A stretch of DNA of 46,619 nt from an uncultured bacterium (lineage in GTDB: Bacteria > Patescibacteriota > Patescibacteriia > Patescibacteriales > UBA12465), in the NCBI GenBank assembly GCA_903874345.1, contig CAIQRY010000044.1:1-46619 (forward strand), written 5' to 3'. Positions 37,432 through 46,619 of this stretch are shown piece by piece. Position 1 is the first letter of the stretch. Every line of letters begins with the position of its first letter. The notes under the pieces are model-generated. The model made no database searches. It worked only from the letters and a program-made list of their open reading frames with translations, and was not told the origin of the DNA. Position numbers and translations under genes: made by a program.

Positions 37432-38754
37432 TTAGAGGGAAAATTTTTCAAAATAAACATATCTACTATTAATTCTAAGCTCTTTCAAGCTCGCACGCAA
37501 GCTTGCCATCATCGGCCCAGGACCGCAAAGATAAAAATCGCGCTCGGCGTAATCAGGAATCAAACTAATAATTTTATTTTTGTCTATTCTGCCCTTCTCG
37601 CCCAACCAGGATTCATCTGCACTTAAAACAGGGGTAAAGCGACAATTAGTTATTGCTATTTTTTCTAACTCTGCCTTAAAAATTAAATCACTCGTCTTGG
37701 TTGCGCCATAAAGAATAACAATATCCCGCCCGTTTTTACTTTCGCTTTCCGCCAACGCCCGGAGTGGTGTGATCCCGACGCCGCCGGCGATGAAGGCTAG
37801 TTTTTGATTAGTTGTCCTTTGCGGCGTAAAAATGCCATGCGCCCCATCAATTAAAACTTTGGTGCCGACTTTTAATTTTGCCGGTAGCTTAGTTGTATAA
37901 TCGCCCAGCGCTTTAATCGTAATTCTTAGCTCCTGCCCGTTAAAAGCCTGCGAAAAAGAAAAAGGATGCGCTTCCCCGATTAAATTAAAACTCAAGAAAC
38001 GAAAAATGGCGAACTGTCCGGGCTGAAACTTAAATTGCTCTAAGTTCTTGCCACGCAGATAAACCGAAATTGTTTGGTCGTTCTCTTTAATAACTTTATC
38101 GACATAAAATTCATGCCGCCAAAATAAATATAAGGGCTTAATAAATCGATAAGGAATAAGTAAACAAAGAGCTTCAAGGTATAAGACGAGCCAATAAGCC
38201 GCAAATAATTTTTGCTGGAAATCGCCGCCTAATTTTAATTGGTGCCCGAAGGCTAAAATAATTGCGAGATAAGTAAGGAGATGAATATAATACCAGACCT
38301 CATATTTTAAATACTTCTGAATCGCCCCCCAGGATAAAACGATCGTGATTAAAAAAATCATAACCGCGATAAAGGCTGGCGCTAATTCCCAGGCGATTAA
38401 AAAGTTGGCGACTTGTCCTAAAAAAGTATTTTGACTATTTAAACCGTAACCGACAATTAAAAACAAGGGGTGTAAAAAAATAAAAGTCCAAGCAGCAAAA
38501 CCATTGAAGTGATGCCATAGGCTTAAACGATCGAAACCAAATGTCTGTTCTAGGAATCTAACACGACCAATTAAAATTAACTGCCATAAAATAAGATAGA
38601 CCGCGACTAAACCGGTAATCCGTCCTAAAGCGATAAATAAACCGGCCTGGCTGCTTAATAATAAGCTACCAGACTGCAGCCACCAAGCCGTAAAAATTAC
38701 ACCTAGATTAGCTAAAAATATTAAGATAAACCCCGTTTTTTTCATACAAAACAT
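37432..38754 (-). CDS. ferric-reductase-like TM plus FAD/NAD-binding oxidoreductase
   Basis: Heme His motifs (WHH, FLH, IH..GH), EAHPFS, AGGVGITP, LCGP, terminal EKF; TAATG overlap with glgP. Confidence 0.9.
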   Translation of the reverse strand: MFCMKKTGFILIFLANLGVIFTAWWLQSGSLLLSSQAGLFIALGRITGLVAVYLILWQLILIGRVRFLEQTFGFDRLSLWHHFNGFAAWTFIFLHPLFLIVGYGLNSQNTFLGQVANFLIAWELAPAFIAVMIFLITIVLSWGAIQKYLKYEVWYYIHLLTYLAIILAFGHQLKLGGDFQQKLFAAYWLVLYLEALCLLIPYRFIKPLYLFWRHEFYVDKVIKENDQTISVYLRGKNLEQFKFQPGQFAIFRFLSFNLIGEAHPFSFSQAFNGQELRITIKALGDYTTKLPAKLKVGTKVLIDGAHGIFTPQRTTNQKLAFIAGGVGITPLRALAESESKNGRDIVILYGATKTSDLIFKAELEKIAITNCRFTPVLSADESWLGEKGRIDKNKIISLIPDYAERDFYLCGPGPMMASLRASLKELRINSRYVYFEKFSL

Positions 38755-40382
38755 TATTTATTATTAATATCTAGTTTATAAATATCCGACATATATTGTT
38801 TAACTACTCTTTCCGTATTAAACCGCGAGGCGTTCAAACTAATAGTTGAGCGGCATAATTCTGTCCATTTTTCCGGCGCTTGATAATAGAGTGGCAAAAT
38901 TTCTTGTTCTAAAACATCATATATTTTTCTTTGCTCATTAATCAACCAGCCGGTTTGCCCCGGGACATATCCTTCGCCCCACCAACCATCAAACGTACTT
39001 AGTTGCGGCACGCCATTATGCGCCGCTTTCATGCCGCTAGTCCCCGATGCTTCATTAGACGGGAGCGAGGTGTTAAGCCATAGGTCTACGCCGGAGCTTA
39101 ATAACTTCGCGAGGGGTATTTCATAATTTTCTAAGAAGACTATTTCTAATTGGCCGGCATATTTCTTTTTAAAATTATAAATATCTTTAATAATTTGCTG
39201 CCCTTCTTCGTCTTGCGGATGTGCCTTGCCGGCATAAATAATTTGCAGGCGTCCAAATTTATTTTGTATGTTTAGCAGCCGCCCTGGATCACTTAATAGC
39301 AACGTTGCTTGTTTATACATGACCATCCGTCTCGCAAAACCAATAGTTAATGCCCCCTCATCTAATTTAAGATCTTGAGCCTTTTCAATATAAGCAAACA
39401 ATCTTTTCTTTTCAATGGCGTGCGCGTCATAAATTTCCGCAAGCGGAATTTTAATTGCTTCTTTTAAAATATCATTCTTCTCTCGCCAGCCCGGTAAGTA
39501 TTTATCATAAAGCTTTTTATATTCCGGCGCTGTCCAGGCTACGGAATGAACTCCGTTGGTTACGACAGCAACCGCTCGCTCCCGAAAAATCTCGGCCACA
39601 ACTTTTTGATGGAGGTTCGAAACCGCATTTAAAGAACCGCTAAGAAACACTCCTAGTTCGGTCAAATTAATTTGATTGTTGTTAATTAATTCTGATAGCT
39701 CCGCCGGAAACGCCGCTTGGTATTTAAAAAATAATTCTTTGGGGAAAATATCTTGGGCTGCCTGAACCGAGGTATGCGTTGTAAAAACGCATTGGCGCCT
39801 AACTTCCGCTATTTTTTCCGATGTCGGCCCGGCCTTTGAACTTAAAAACAGTGACAACGCCGCTAAAGCGCTATGACCCTCGTTAAGATGATATCGCGCG
39901 ACCTCATAATGCAAAGCGTTTAAAAGAGCGACGCCCCCTTCCCCTAAAATAATCTCCTGCTGCAAACGATATTCCTGATCGCCGCCATATAAGTAATCAG
40001 TCAGGCTTCGAAATTCTTCCTTGTTTTCTGGCAAATTCGTGTCTAAAAAATAAACCGGGACGGTCGCGCCGCCCTGTCCTTTTACTACGTATTGCCAGGC
40101 CCCAATCGTTACTTCTTCGTCGCCTATCTTAATTTTAGTCTGAACAGATAACTTGCTTAGCTGTGAACGGTCCGCTGCAATGGGGAGAGCGCTTTGCACG
40201 CCATTTTCATTAACTTTCTGTTCAAAATAACCGTGATTATTTAATAAAGTTAAGCCCACAAAAGGCAAATCTAAGTCCGCCGCGGATTTTAAAATATCGC
40301 CCGCTAAAATTCCTAAGCCGCCGGCATAATTTTTTAAACCGTCCTCAAGAGCGATTTCCATGCTAAAATAGGCGATCACCAT
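38754..40382 (-). CDS. glgP: alpha-glucan phosphorylase (short form)
   Basis: YFSME, GGLGILAGD, HLNEGH, FTTHT, AGKAHP, EASGTSGMKA. Confidence 0.93.
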   Translation of the reverse strand: MVIAYFSMEIALEDGLKNYAGGLGILAGDILKSAADLDLPFVGLTLLNNHGYFEQKVNENGVQSALPIAADRSQLSKLSVQTKIKIGDEEVTIGAWQYVVKGQGGATVPVYFLDTNLPENKEEFRSLTDYLYGGDQEYRLQQEIILGEGGVALLNALHYEVARYHLNEGHSALAALSLFLSSKAGPTSEKIAEVRRQCVFTTHTSVQAAQDIFPKELFFKYQAAFPAELSELINNNQINLTELGVFLSGSLNAVSNLHQKVVAEIFRERAVAVVTNGVHSVAWTAPEYKKLYDKYLPGWREKNDILKEAIKIPLAEIYDAHAIEKKRLFAYIEKAQDLKLDEGALTIGFARRMVMYKQATLLLSDPGRLLNIQNKFGRLQIIYAGKAHPQDEEGQQIIKDIYNFKKKYAGQLEIVFLENYEIPLAKLLSSGVDLWLNTSLPSNEASGTSGMKAAHNGVPQLSTFDGWWGEGYVPGQTGWLINEQRKIYDVLEQEILPLYYQAPEKWTELCRSTISLNASRFNTERVVKQYMSDIYKLDINNK

Positions 40383-40397
40383 ATTACCATTAATATA

Positions 40398-41669
40398 TTA
40401 ATGCTGACTCAACTCACTATATAATTTACTAGTTTTAGTTTTACGAAGAACTTTTAAAAACTGGGATTTCAACTGACGATTAGCGATTAAAAATTTAGCC
40501 GGGCTTAGTTTAAACAATATACCAACTAAATGCCTAAGTAATTCATTCGTCCATAAACCATAATTATCAAAAATATAATTCTGTAATTTATTTGTTTCAA
40601 TAGCATTAATCACGCAGCGTTCAAAACTATCGAGCGGAACCATAACTAGTTTTTTGCGGCGTTCGATGGTTATCGCCTTTGCCCCACAGCGCCGCTCACA
40701 AACGCCGCAGCCAATACAAATATCTGTATCCACCGTCGCCTGTCCATCAATAATTTTAATGGCGCCCACCGGACACTTGGAAACGCAGACGCCGCAAGCC
40801 ACACATTTCTTCGAATCAATTTGCGCTTGAAAATTACTGTTTATCTTTCGGCGGTAGCCTATTTTCTTATACGCCAAGAGCGCTTCGCAACAGCAACTAC
40901 AACAATTACAAATCCAATTAACTTCATTTTGAATATTGTCTCCGATTTGAACTAAACCGTAATCAACACATTTATCTAAAATAGCTAACGCCTCCTCCTT
41001 ATTAATTTGTTTTGCGATTTTATGCTTGATTAAACTCTCCGCGGCCGCGTTAAAAGTTAAGCAGACATCTTGCGGCGCCTGGCAAACCTTGCCGAGATGT
41101 TCCATCTTATGACGACAATAACAAGTCCCGACCGTAATATGACTCGCTGAGTTGATAATGTGCGTGGCCCGCTCATAATCAAGAACTTCTGATTGATCTT
41201 TAATTTGGATACTCCTTTCTTGCACTAGAGCGCGGGCAATCGGTGTTTTTTGCATTAAGGCTTTGGCTACAAAATCGTCCTCTTCGTTAATATAATGATA
41301 AAAAAGTTCAGACAAAACTTGACGATCAAAGCGACCATCGGTTCGCATTAAGGCAAATTCAAAAAACCCCGCCATCGTCGGCGCTAAAACATAAATCTGC
41401 GTACCTTGATTATTCATGTCGAGAAGTAAGCCTTTACTCGCCAATTCATTCAAAATTTTTCCGGCTTCTGTTTCTGATAAATGCCATCTTTTGGCTGCTT
41501 CTTTAACATCGAAAGGCATGATCGGTAAAAGAGAAACTCGCGCCGCCTCCTCGGCCGTAAATAAAATTTCCAAAATTTTATACAATGATTCTGATTCCGG
41601 GGCGCCCTGGGCATGCCGGTCCAGTCGCTTTTGCAGGGAAAAATAATTTTTAGAAGTAATGTGGCCCAT
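40398..41669 (-). CDS. multi-Fe-S (4Fe-4S dicluster) protein
   Basis: CYCRH, ICNCCSCCC and two CxxCxxCxxxC motifs. Confidence 0.88.
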   Translation of the reverse strand: MGHITSKNYFSLQKRLDRHAQGAPESESLYKILEILFTAEEAARVSLLPIMPFDVKEAAKRWHLSETEAGKILNELASKGLLLDMNNQGTQIYVLAPTMAGFFEFALMRTDGRFDRQVLSELFYHYINEEDDFVAKALMQKTPIARALVQERSIQIKDQSEVLDYERATHIINSASHITVGTCYCRHKMEHLGKVCQAPQDVCLTFNAAAESLIKHKIAKQINKEEALAILDKCVDYGLVQIGDNIQNEVNWICNCCSCCCEALLAYKKIGYRRKINSNFQAQIDSKKCVACGVCVSKCPVGAIKIIDGQATVDTDICIGCGVCERRCGAKAITIERRKKLVMVPLDSFERCVINAIETNKLQNYIFDNYGLWTNELLRHLVGILFKLSPAKFLIANRQLKSQFLKVLRKTKTSKLYSELSQH

Positions 41670-41748
41670 AATAATTAATTACTATTTATTCTAAAATATG
41701 CTCTTATATTATACCTTGAATTGGGCGGCTAAAACAATCGGACCCCAG

Positions 41749-41786
41749 ATAAATAAAAACTCGGAATATTCCGAGTTTTTATTTAT
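41749..41786. terminator. terminator of the tRNA pair (perfect 38-bp palindrome)
   Basis: ATAAATAAAAACTCGGAATATTCCGAGTTTTTATTTAT. Confidence 0.8.
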
Positions 41787-41787
41787 G

Positions 41788-41859
41788 GGTGCCCACAGGG
41801 AGTTGAACCCTGACTATCGGGACCACAACCCGACGTTCTACCGCTAAACTATGGGCACC
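41788..41859 (-). tRNA. tRNA-His(GTG) with encoded G-1 and C73
   Basis: GTGCCCA/TGGGCAC acceptor, TCGGG-TTGTGGT-CCCGA anticodon arm. Confidence 0.95.
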
Positions 41860-41880
41860 ATACTATAAATTGTGAAACCG

Positions 41881-41952
41881 TACGCCCGGGGGGAGTCGAA
41901 CCCTCATCTAGAGCTTAGAAGGCTCCCGTTCTATCCGTTGAACTACGGGCGC
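41881..41952 (-). tRNA. tRNA-Arg(TCT)
   Basis: GCGCCCG acceptor, GGAGC-CTTCTAA-GCTCT anticodon arm, GGTTCGACTCCC T-arm. Confidence 0.95.
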
Positions 41953-41965
41953 ATAATTACTGCTT

Positions 41966-41994
41966 ATATTAATAAAAATATAAGTTCCTGTCAA
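41966..41994 (-). promoter_or_regulatory. promoter of tRNA-Arg/His
   Basis: TTGACA-17 nt-TAATAT. Confidence 0.65.
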
Positions 41995-42006
41995 CCAAAA
42001 ACAATC

Positions 42007-42804
42007 TTATTTACTATTCCTCTGTCTTAAAGCCTCAAAAGTAATTATGGCCGTAGCCACAGAAACGTTTAAAGAGTCAATTCCGCTTTGCATCGGTATT
42101 TTTATCAAAGCATCAACTGTTTTTAACCATTTATCGCTCAAGCCATTAGCTTCTGACCCTAAAACAATCGCCGCCCCTCCCTTTAAATTAACTTTCGTAT
42201 AATCCTTGGTCGCGTTCGTCGCGGCGGCTAAACTTTTAATCTTATTTTTTTTTAGCCAGGCGCTTGTTGTTTTGAAATCGGCCACCGTAACCGATTCAAC
42301 AAAAATAAACCCTTCGCTCGCCCGGATAACATTCGGATTATAAATATCCGTCTGATTATCGTTGATAATAACCGCTTCTACGCCGGCCGCATAGGCCGTC
42401 CTAATAATCGCCCCGAGATTACCCGGTTTCTCAACCGCTTCTAAAATAATAATTAAAGGATTTTTACTCAATTTTAAATTAGTCAGATTCAAATCCGGTG
42501 TCTCGCCTAAAGCTAAAAAGCCGTCCGGTTTTTCTTTATAACAAATTTTATTAAAGGCTCTTTCCGCTACTTCCGTAATCTTTTCTGAGTCTAAACCAAA
42601 TAAATTACCGGCTAAGCCATTTTTTTTCTTAATTAAACTCGGACAATAAAATAATTCTCTGATTTTAAGCCCGGCTTTAACCGCTAGCTCAATTTCTCTG
42701 GCGCCATCAATAATAATTAAACCTTGTGCCCGGCGTTCGCTGGCTTTTTTTAACCTAACTAGCTCCTTTACTCTTTTATTGTCCCCACTTTGAATAATAG
42801 TCAT
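42007..42804 (-). CDS. TrmH/SpoU-family RNA methyltransferase
   Basis: EKPGNLGAIIRTA, LGSEANGL, DSLNVSVA. Confidence 0.93.
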   Translation of the reverse strand: MTIIQSGDNKRVKELVRLKKASERRAQGLIIIDGAREIELAVKAGLKIRELFYCPSLIKKKNGLAGNLFGLDSEKITEVAERAFNKICYKEKPDGFLALGETPDLNLTNLKLSKNPLIIILEAVEKPGNLGAIIRTAYAAGVEAVIINDNQTDIYNPNVIRASEGFIFVESVTVADFKTTSAWLKKNKIKSLAAATNATKDYTKVNLKGGAAIVLGSEANGLSDKWLKTVDALIKIPMQSGIDSLNVSVATAIITFEALRQRNSK

Positions 42805-42899
42805 ATCATTTGCTTTAATACCGCTTTTATTATATCCTAATTGGCGAAAATATAGAAATCAACTTGAGTATGATATAATATTTTTATAATCTATAATTT

Positions 42900-45752
42900 A
42901 TGCCTATTCCTTCTCTACAACACCGTAATTCCTTAGCCTGGCGCAATTCTCAGAGCAGCCGTGGCTCAAGACGAAGCGCGGGTCATAAAAAAACTAAAAT
43001 AACCAGAAAATTAATTATTACGGCCCTGTTTTTAGCCGCTTTTTTTATTGTTTTTGGTTCTATCTACGTCGTGCTTGTCTCCCGTAACCTACCTAACCCG
43101 AATCAATTAATTAATCGCGACGTGGCTCAAAGCACAAAAATTTACGACCGAACCGGGCAAACTATTTTATACGAAATAAGCGGCGATCAAAAGAGAACTC
43201 TGGTCCAGTTAAAAGATCTGCCTAATTATGTAAAACAGACAACAATCGCAATCGAAGATAAAAATTTTTATAATCACGGCGCCTTTAGTATCTGGGCGAT
43301 GTTTCGCACGGCGATTACCGACGTCTTGTTTCGTCGTCGCGCCGGTGGTTCAACCCTGACCCAGCAATTTATTAAAAACGCGGTTTTAACTAATGAAAAA
43401 ACTATTAGTCGCAAAGTTAAGGAGCTCGTTCTTTCTTACCGCCTAGAACAAAAATTTTCGAAGGACGATATTCTTCAGATGTATTTAAATGAAATCCCCT
43501 ATGGCTCTAACGCTTACGGGGTTGAAGCGGCCAGCCAAAAGTATTTCGGGAAAGAAGCTAAGGACTTAAAATTACCAGAGGCCGCCGTCTTGGCCGCGAT
43601 TATTCAATCGCCGACTTATTATTCTCCTTACGGTACCAATAAGGATTTGTTGCTGAGTCGTAAAAATTATGTTCTAAATTTAATGGCGGAGCAAGGTTAT
43701 ATCTCTAACGATGAACGAGACGCGGCAAAAAAAACCGAGCTTGTTTTTAAACCACTTGGTAATAATATTTTAGCGCCCCATTTCGTCATGTATATTAAAG
43801 ACTTGCTTACTGAAAAATATGGCGAAAAAATGGTTGAACAAGGTGGCTTAAAAATTTATACGACTTTAGATTTATACAAGCAACAAGCGGCCGAAGAAGC
43901 GATTACTAACTTAACTAAAAATTATCCAAAACAATTCAATGCTAATAACGCCGCTTTGGTTGCGATTGATCCTAAAACTGGGCAAATTTTAGCCATGGTC
44001 GGTTCTCGTGATTATTTTGACGACACGATTGACGGCCAAGTTAATGTCGCGACGCGACCACGCCAACCTGGTTCTTCTATGAAACCGATTGTTTACTCGG
44101 CTTTATTTGAAAAAGGTTACACACCAAATACTATTTTGTATGATGTAAATACCAATTTCTCAACCGACCCCTCTAAACCTTATACTCCTCATGATTATGA
44201 TCTTAAAGAACGCGGCCCTGTCTCCGTCCGCCAAGCTCTAGCCGGATCCTTAAACATCCCAGCGGTTAAATCAATTTACTTAGCCGATATTAATAATGTT
44301 CTTGATCTCGCCGACAATTTAGGCTACACGACTCTTTATCCTCGTAACCGTTTTGGCCTCTCCTTGGTCTTAGGCGGCGGTGAAGTAAAATTATTAGAAC
44401 ATGCTAACGCTTATAGCGCCTTCGCTCGTGACGGGCAAATTAGCCCTACTACCGGCATCTTAAAAGTGGAAGACAAGAATGGAAACGTGATTGAAGAATA
44501 TCAAGCCTCAACTAAGCAAGCGCTTAGCCCTCAAGTCGCTCGTGAAATTAATAGCATCTTAACTGATAATAGCGCGCGTGCTTTTATCTTTGGTGAAAAA
44601 AATCACTTAATTTTAAGCGATCGTTTGGTCGGCGCTAAAACCGGAACCACTAATGACTATCACGATGCCTGGACCATTGGTTATACCCCCTCGCTCGTCG
44701 CCGGTGTTTGGGTTGGCAACAATGATAATGCAGCGATGAAAGGAAAGGCTGATGGAAGCGTCGTGGCCGCCCCTATTTGGCAAGCTTTTATGGCTAAAGT
44801 ATTAACCGGCACGCCGGTTGAAACATTTAAGGCGCCCGATGATTATACTACTGGTAAACCAATTTTAGACGGGCAAACCCCTACCCAAACTATTAATATT
44901 GATAAAAGCACGGGTCTGCCGGCTACTTTCACCACGCCCCCGGAATTAATTGAAACCCGCAGTCTGCCCGCTTATCATAGTATTTTATATTACGTTGATA
45001 AAAATAATCCCCTAGGGCCGCCTCCGACTAACCCCGCGCAAGACCCTCAATTTAATCTTTGGGAAAGCGCTGTCCAAGCTTGGGCGGCTAAAAACGCGTC
45101 GACTTCAAGCTCTACTCTGGTGATTGATTATAACGACTTACATAAACCGGAGAATCTGCCAAATATTAATATTATTTCTCCTTTAAAAAATCAGACCATA
45201 ACCGCGCCTAATTTAGAGGTGCAAGTTGAAGCCAGCGCGCCGCGCGGTCTAAGCCGAGTAGATTATTATATTAATAATAATCTCTGGGAAACTAAATGGG
45301 GCAACCCAGCTCTTTTTACCGAACCGGTTAATTTTTTAAGTAACGGCTATCAAACCTTAAGTGCTAAGGCTTGTGATGATGTAGAAAATTGCACCAGTGT
45401 TAATATTAATTTTAATCTACTCATTAAAAACAACCCAGTCTCGACCGGTAAAAACGCTGTTAAAATAAGTGGGTTAACCAGCGGCGCCGCTTTAAACACT
45501 AGCAATTTCCCTTCTAATATAAATTTGCAAATCGACCACCCCGAAAGAACGGCCAGTGTCGATCTCCTACTCAGACGAACTGACACGGGGGTAACTAGCC
45601 TTATTAAAACCCTTAATAATTTAAGTGGTAGTGCTAACACCGTCTCCTGGGATACTCTGCCTACTCCTGGTTCCTATGCTGTCTACGCCGAGCTTCACGA
45701 CTGGAACGGCGACAACCTAAAGAGTAATGAAATAACCATAAGTATTCAGTAA
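42900..45752 (+). CDS. class A penicillin-binding protein (PBP1A) with C-terminal Ig-like domains
   Basis: Transglycosylase EDKNFY.H and GGSTLTQQ; transpeptidase SSMK, SLN, KTG; beta-rich C-terminus. Confidence 0.95.
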   Translation: MPIPSLQHRNSLAWRNSQSSRGSRRSAGHKKTKITRKLIITALFLAAFFIVFGSIYVVLVSRNLPNPNQLINRDVAQSTKIYDRTGQTILYEISGDQKRTLVQLKDLPNYVKQTTIAIEDKNFYNHGAFSIWAMFRTAITDVLFRRRAGGSTLTQQFIKNAVLTNEKTISRKVKELVLSYRLEQKFSKDDILQMYLNEIPYGSNAYGVEAASQKYFGKEAKDLKLPEAAVLAAIIQSPTYYSPYGTNKDLLLSRKNYVLNLMAEQGYISNDERDAAKKTELVFKPLGNNILAPHFVMYIKDLLTEKYGEKMVEQGGLKIYTTLDLYKQQAAEEAITNLTKNYPKQFNANNAALVAIDPKTGQILAMVGSRDYFDDTIDGQVNVATRPRQPGSSMKPIVYSALFEKGYTPNTILYDVNTNFSTDPSKPYTPHDYDLKERGPVSVRQALAGSLNIPAVKSIYLADINNVLDLADNLGYTTLYPRNRFGLSLVLGGGEVKLLEHANAYSAFARDGQISPTTGILKVEDKNGNVIEEYQASTKQALSPQVAREINSILTDNSARAFIFGEKNHLILSDRLVGAKTGTTNDYHDAWTIGYTPSLVAGVWVGNNDNAAMKGKADGSVVAAPIWQAFMAKVLTGTPVETFKAPDDYTTGKPILDGQTPTQTINIDKSTGLPATFTTPPELIETRSLPAYHSILYYVDKNNPLGPPPTNPAQDPQFNLWESAVQAWAAKNASTSSSTLVIDYNDLHKPENLPNINIISPLKNQTITAPNLEVQVEASAPRGLSRVDYYINNNLWETKWGNPALFTEPVNFLSNGYQTLSAKACDDVENCTSVNINFNLLIKNNPVSTGKNAVKISGLTSGAALNTSNFPSNINLQIDHPERTASVDLLLRRTDTGVTSLIKTLNNLSGSANTVSWDTLPTPGSYAVYAELHDWNGDNLKSNEITISIQ

Positions 45753-45755
45753 AAT

Positions 45756-45785
45756 AAAATAGGCCCCAAAAGGGGCCTATTTTTT
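45756..45785. terminator. bidirectional terminator
   Basis: AAAATAGGCCCC-AAAA-GGGGCCTATTTT. Confidence 0.8.
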
Positions 45786-45793
45786 AAATTCGT

Positions 45794-46619
45794 TTATTGT
45801 CTAATCGGCATAACAATATATAAATAACCGTTTTCTTTCTCTGACTTCAGAAGACAGGGTGTAGTGCTGTTAATAACTCCTATTTTAACTCTTTCTCCTT
45901 CGATATTATTTAAACCATCTAACAAATAGCGGTAATTAATTGTAATTTCATTATCAATCCCCTTGGTTTCTGCTTCTAATTCTACTTCACTCTCGCCGCT
46001 TGCGCCCGAGAAAGAAGAAACGATGATCTTGCTTTTAAAAAATCGGAGTGTAATGTCATTAATACCCGTCTTAGAGAAAAGGGCCGCCGCTTTAACTGCT
46101 CGAATTAATTCCGTACGCTCTATTAAAGTGTCTGTTTGTGTTTTAACTGGGATAATTTGTTTATAGTCCGGGTAATGACCGTTAATTAACCGGGAAATTA
46201 AGTCAACGGAATCAACCGTAAATAGAATCTGATTTTCTGATAAATAAATTTTTACTTCTTGAGCATTCTCCGTCTCTCCTAGACCATCAAAGCTATTTAA
46301 AACCCTTAAGAGCTCTTGAACGGTCTTGGCAGGAACAATTATTTTAACTTCTGAATTGAGTTCTTCGCCTATAAAACCCAACTCTCGTTCGGCCAAGCGA
46401 TAACTATCAGTTGCGGCTAAGCTAAGCTGCTTTTTATTAAAAGAGAATAAGACCCCGGTTAATTCCATTCTATTCTCGCTAGTTGAAACCGCAAAAACTA
46501 CCCCGTTTAAAGCCTTCTTTAACTCCTCAATTTTACAAATATAGGGGTTATTTTTAGGATTAGTGGGGATAAGCGGGAACTCCTTGGCCGACTCCCCCTT
46601 TATTTTCGTTTTATAATTA
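45794..46619 (-). CDS. dnaN: DNA polymerase III beta clamp, 5' end beyond the window
   Basis: EFPLIP, ATDSYRLAE, SRLING.YPDY.QIIP, YIVMPIR; frame open to the window edge. Confidence 0.95.
   Translation of the reverse strand, partial: NYKTKIKGESAKEFPLIPTNPKNNPYICKIEELKKALNGVVFAVSTSENRMELTGVLFSFNKKQLSLAATDSYRLAERELGFIGEELNSEVKIIVPAKTVQELLRVLNSFDGLGETENAQEVKIYLSENQILFTVDSVDLISRLINGHYPDYKQIIPVKTQTDTLIERTELIRAVKAAALFSKTGINDITLRFFKSKIIVSSFSGASGESEVELEAETKGIDNEITINYRYLLDGLNNIEGERVKIGVINSTTPCLLKSEKENGYLYIVMPIRQ

Noticed and set aside
1996-46166. Other short ORFs nested in or antisense to long genes (e.g. 12437, 14297, 19336, 36749, 45350)
   Set aside because: They are typical antisense or alternate-frame shadows with no motifs or expression signals.
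45794-46619. Replication origin near dnaN
   Set aside because: dnaN and the minus-strand gene bias hint that oriC lies to the right, but no DnaA-box cluster was seen inside the window.
1-46619. CRISPR array, rRNA, or recoded genetic code (code 25)
   Set aside because: No spaced direct repeats or rRNA-like sequence were seen, and conserved genes are full length under code 11 with TGG for Trp.

Overview
AT-rich bacterial chromosome segment that reads as standard code 11. It is most consistent with Patescibacteria/CPR (Parcubacteria-like); this is inferred from gene content, the VirB2-like pilin, Elp3 and scarce Shine-Dalgarno motifs. It runs from a truncated rpsA at the left edge to a truncated dnaN at the right edge, with most genes on the minus strand. 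Housekeeping blocks are tig-smpB-tmRNA-tRNA-Leu-tRNA-Gly, nusA-hppA, flippase-RluA, CsoR/CstR-type repressor-trxA-gdhA, recQ-methyltransferase, elp3-glyA-folD, phosphohexomutase, an Fe-S protein-glgP-ferric reductase-glmS operon, tRNA-Arg/His, TrmH and PBP1A. Orphan genes with their own sigma70 promoters and terminators are interspersed. The best leads are: (1) an archaeal/eukaryote-type Elp3 plus a Trm9/ALKBH8-like methyltransferase, suggesting a bacterial mcm5U34 wobble pathway; (2) an insulated, translationally coupled operon of a double-HTH protein and a MORC-like GHKL ATPase with no visible nuclease; (3) two tandem 'variable gene + conserved paralog' cassettes downstream of tRNA-Gly. Smaller leads are a NusA leader attenuator, a CstR-like operator, a pseudokinase and a structured rpsA leader. 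No CRISPR array, integrase or transposase was seen. All family assignments come from motif recognition by eye, not from database searches.
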